From assembly GCF_003334765.1 (NCBI RefSeq), contig NZ_QOWT01000023.1: a stretch of DNA of 64,000 bases; one strand, written 5' to 3'. Shown piece by piece: positions 62,501-64,000 of this stretch (the first letter of the stretch is position 1; the number at the start of each line of letters is the position of its first letter). Source of the DNA: Escherichia coli. Lineage in GTDB: Bacteria; Pseudomonadota; Gammaproteobacteria; Enterobacterales; Enterobacteriaceae. The position numbers were made by a program, and so were the translations under genes. The notes beneath the pieces were generated by a model. That model did no database searches and was not told where the DNA came from. It saw only the letters and a program-made list of their open reading frames with translations.

Positions 62501-63608
62501 TATTCTGCTGGTTGATTTTCTGAACAAACCCACCGGAGAAAAACTGGATATTGAACTGGTGAGTGCACCGGGGAACAGCAGTAAGGATGTTTTTAAAGGA
62601 AGTGAACAGGCAATAGGTTTCAGCAATGTCACACCTGTTATTACAGCTATAGACGCCGGAGATAAAACAACATGGAACCTGACCGGGTACAGGATGGCAG
62701 AAAATCCTGCCGCAACCCAAAGTGCCTCAGGCCTTGCATCTGTGGGGTACAAATCATTTTTGAGTGAGGTCAACAACCTGAATAAACGTATGGGTGACCT
62801 GCGTGACATCAATGGTGAAGCTGGCGCATGGGCACGTATCATGAGCGGAACCGGCTCTGCCGGTGGTGGTTTCAGTGACAACCACACACATGTTCAGGTC
62901 GGTGTCGACAAAAAACATGAGCTGGACGGACTGGATTTGTTTACCGGCTTCACTGTCACACACACTGACAGCAGTGCCTCCGCCGATGCTTTCAAAGGTA
63001 AAACAAAATCTGTGGGGGCCGGACTCTATGCTTCCGCCATGTTTGATTCCGGTGCCTATATCGACCTGATTGGTAAGTATGTTCATCATGATAATGAGTA
63101 CACCGCAACCTTTGCCGGACTCGGAACCCGTAATTACAGTACGCATTCATGGTATGCCGGTGCTGAAGCAGGCTACCGCTGTCATGTCACTGAGGATACC
63201 TGGATTGAGCCACAGGCAGAACTGGTCTACGGTGCTGTATCCGGTAAACAGTTTGCATGGAAGGACCAGGGGATGCATCTGTCCATGAAGGACAGGGACT
63301 ACAATCCGCTGATTGGTCGTACCGGTGTGGATGTGGGTAAATCCTTCTCAGGTAAGGACTGGAAAGTGACAGCCCGTGCCGGTCTGGGCTACCAGTTCGA
63401 CCTGCTGGCTAACGGCGAAACCGTATTGCGGGACGCATCTGGTGAAAAACGCATCAAAGGTGAAAAGGACAGCCGTATGCTGATGTCCGTTGGCCTGAAT
63501 GCAGAAATCAGGGATAACGTCCGCTTTGGACTGGAGTTTGAGAAATCCGCCTTTGGTAAGTACAACGTTGATAATGCTGTCAACGCTAACTTCCGTTACT
63601 CGTTCTGA
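59517..63608 (+). CDS. SPATE serine protease autotransporter (class-2, Pic/SepA/EspI-like)
   Basis: 1363 aa. It has the extended signal peptide MNKIYALKYSSLTGGLIAVSELSKKV and catalytic contexts VVSAKHSG, IDFSAPRLNKLVTEV and GDSGSPLYAW (Ser codon 60282-60284). The passenger/beta cleavage motif is FLSEVNNLNKRMGDLRD (about 62760-62810). The C-terminal beta-barrel ends NANFRYSF. Confidence 0.93.
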   Translation: MNKIYALKYSSLTGGLIAVSELSKKVTGKTGRRLMTVSLVLSVTLSALPGKASTVSAEIPYQTFRDFAENKGVFTPGVTGIEINDNNGNKVGVLDVPMLDFSSLSRDGHTTLIHPGYVVSAKHSGLQSVSSATFGYDQIYKIVDNNLAGIDFSAPRLNKLVTEVIPADIQGKDKFNNNRYTAFYRAGVGSQYIRYANGTDKLLQAYTPDKAYLTGGTVGKPYYTHYNGMKMISANPGNTFDKNQGPLASYGQIGDSGSPLYAWDNIDKKWVLTGVTLHNYGVKGARNDWLLIPHDFISQKLQDDLKPIIVASPEENILRWEFDRSRGTGTLSQGEKIFSMTGSVNGNANTGNNLVFSGNEGKIELVSSVEQGAGYLQFDKDYTVLTNNNSTWTGAGIIVGDEANVKWGVNGIAGDYLHKVGSGTLTVNGHGENKGGLKVGDGVVVLEQQPDANQKQQAFSHINIASGRATVKLNGANQVDADNISWGYRGGKLDLNGYDFTFSRLQAADYGAEISNDNQTDKSIVTLSLSPLKAEEINVVVNNINIMGGAGKPGDLYYTTFDGNYYLLKSNRYGSALFGALNNQSEWQRLGKNKEKAIGLYTQMKMQESDLLSYIYHGKITGNTSVEIPKLAGNDILTLDGSVSISGDMSKQDGALIFQGHPVIHAGQTVSASQSDWENREFSLNNLNLNNADFSLSRNAFMNGNIRAVNQSTVIIGGDTVFTDKNDGTGNDVISVEGKSAAAGTSSYTGHITLEQKSALDIRDNFRGGVTSEDSHINVSSSSVLFSDASSFINSSLNIHKGGALTAQGGLFTSGSIDIGDASLLLTGTPVNSDDAAFLPTINMADGGFKLMSDSSVLKARDQASVVGDIISDKQATISFGTESGKEGILSEKASRGLAVGLLSGFNTAYRGAIHAPSASATMNNTWWQLTGDSSLRSLKNTGSMTYFTGSAANKAFHTLTVDELTTNGTAYAMRTDLKNADKLVVNQKLSGKDNILLVDFLNKPTGEKLDIELVSAPGNSSKDVFKGSEQAIGFSNVTPVITAIDAGDKTTWNLTGYRMAENPAATQSASGLASVGYKSFLSEVNNLNKRMGDLRDINGEAGAWARIMSGTGSAGGGFSDNHTHVQVGVDKKHELDGLDLFTGFTVTHTDSSASADAFKGKTKSVGAGLYASAMFDSGAYIDLIGKYVHHDNEYTATFAGLGTRNYSTHSWYAGAEAGYRCHVTEDTWIEPQAELVYGAVSGKQFAWKDQGMHLSMKDRDYNPLIGRTGVDVGKSFSGKDWKVTARAGLGYQFDLLANGETVLRDASGEKRIKGEKDSRMLMSVGLNAEIRDNVRFGLEFEKSAFGKYNVDNAVNANFRYSF

Positions 63609-63619
63609 TACTCCGTATT

Positions 63620-63642
63620 CAAAAGGGCCTGAGGGCCCTTTA
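63620..63642 (+). terminator. hairpin terminator after the SPATE gene
   Basis: AAAGGGCC-TGAG-GGCCCTTT, 12 nt after the stop codon. Confidence 0.6.
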
Positions 63643-63684
63643 TGCTCAGGACCTGCCGCCCAGGTATACATTTCCGGGGTATCA

Positions 63685-63871
63685 GTGAGGTGTACTGGCA
63701 ATAGCGGACACTACCATTTGTTCTTTTTTTAAGCAGCCATCTGATGATATTTTTCCCTGAAGGCTGCCGGGGAGATATTCCCCAGACGAGAGTGACGACG
63801 CTGACGATTGTAGAAAATCTCAATGTATTCCCGTATTACTGATATGGCTTCATCCCGGTTATTAAAACGAT
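63685..63871 (-). mobile_element. IS3-family right-end fragment (last ~47 codons of orfB plus terminal IR)
   Basis: The minus strand encodes ...RFNNRDEAISVIREYIEIFYNRQRRHSRLGNISPAAFREKYHQMAA* (stop at 63729-63731). The terminal TGAGGTGTACTGGCAATAGCGGACAC resembles the IS3 IR. Confidence 0.7.
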
Positions 63872-63887
63872 GTAAGCGTCAACGGAG
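63872..63887. other. 16-bp stub beginning with an IS66-type terminus (GTAAGCGTCAACGGAG)
   Basis: It shares GTAAGCGT with the adjacent IS66 end. It could be a remnant of another IS66-family IR into which copy B inserted. Confidence 0.35.
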
Positions 63888-64000
63888 GTAAGCGTGCAGC
63901 AAGAACCGTATTGACGGGGATGTGTTATTCAGTCGGCAGTGCTACGCGCCAGGGGAGCAGTTCGCCGACCCGGTTTATCGGCCAGTCGGCTATGACGTCA
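63888..64000 (-). mobile_element. IS66-family element right end, copy B (continues beyond window)
   Basis: 63887-64000 is identical base for base to 52514-52627, covering the IR GTAAGCGTGCAGCAAGAACCGTATTGACGGGG and the 3' end of tnpC. Confidence 0.9.

Overview
This is an Escherichia coli-type chromosomal window with three parts. (1) Bases 1-4554 hold the scrambled right end of a P2-like cryptic prophage: tail-fiber chaperone cassettes, a tail sheath fragment fused to a truncated tape measure, gpU, gpD and ogr. It ends about 80 bp from the 3' end of the sRNA gene rybB. (2) Bases 4.6-42.3 kb are an ordinary core block that matches my memory of K-12 gene for gene: rybB, ybjL, ybjM, grxA, ybjC-nfsA, rimK, ybjN, potFGHI, ybjO, rlmC, artJ, artMQIP, ybjP, ybjQ, amiD, ybjS, ybjT, ltaE, poxB, hcr-hcp, lysO/ybjE, aqpZ, ybjD, ybjX, macAB, cspD, clpS-clpA. 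It also carries REP/BIME repeats and a two-repeat orphan type I-F CRISPR remnant after clpA. (3) From about 42.55 kb to the window end lies a genomic island joined to a 14-nt 3' fragment of tRNA-Ser (serW). The island carries a P4-type integrase, an alpA/DUF3987 (YfjI-like) operon, a 620-aa AT-rich orphan ORF, and a 1.37-kb ORF-poor T/G-skewed spacer with phased GATC iterons. It continues with a YfjJ/YagK-type HUH Rep-like protein, an 812-aa archaeo-eukaryotic-primase-like::SF2 helicase fusion, and a convergent ComF-type phosphoribosyltransferase gene cut by an IS66-family end. After that comes a field of degraded insertion sequences (IS66 fragments, degenerate IS3-family, IS200, a group IIC-like intron fragment, IS1, IS2-like) around an intact 1363-aa SPATE serine-protease autotransporter, then a second identical IS66 end at the window edge. 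The best candidates for an undescribed system lie at 45.9-52.5 kb: the orphan ORF, the structured non-coding spacer, and the HUH Rep-like / primase-helicase / PRTase module. All family assignments rest on motifs read in the translations and on recalled sequences. No database search was possible.
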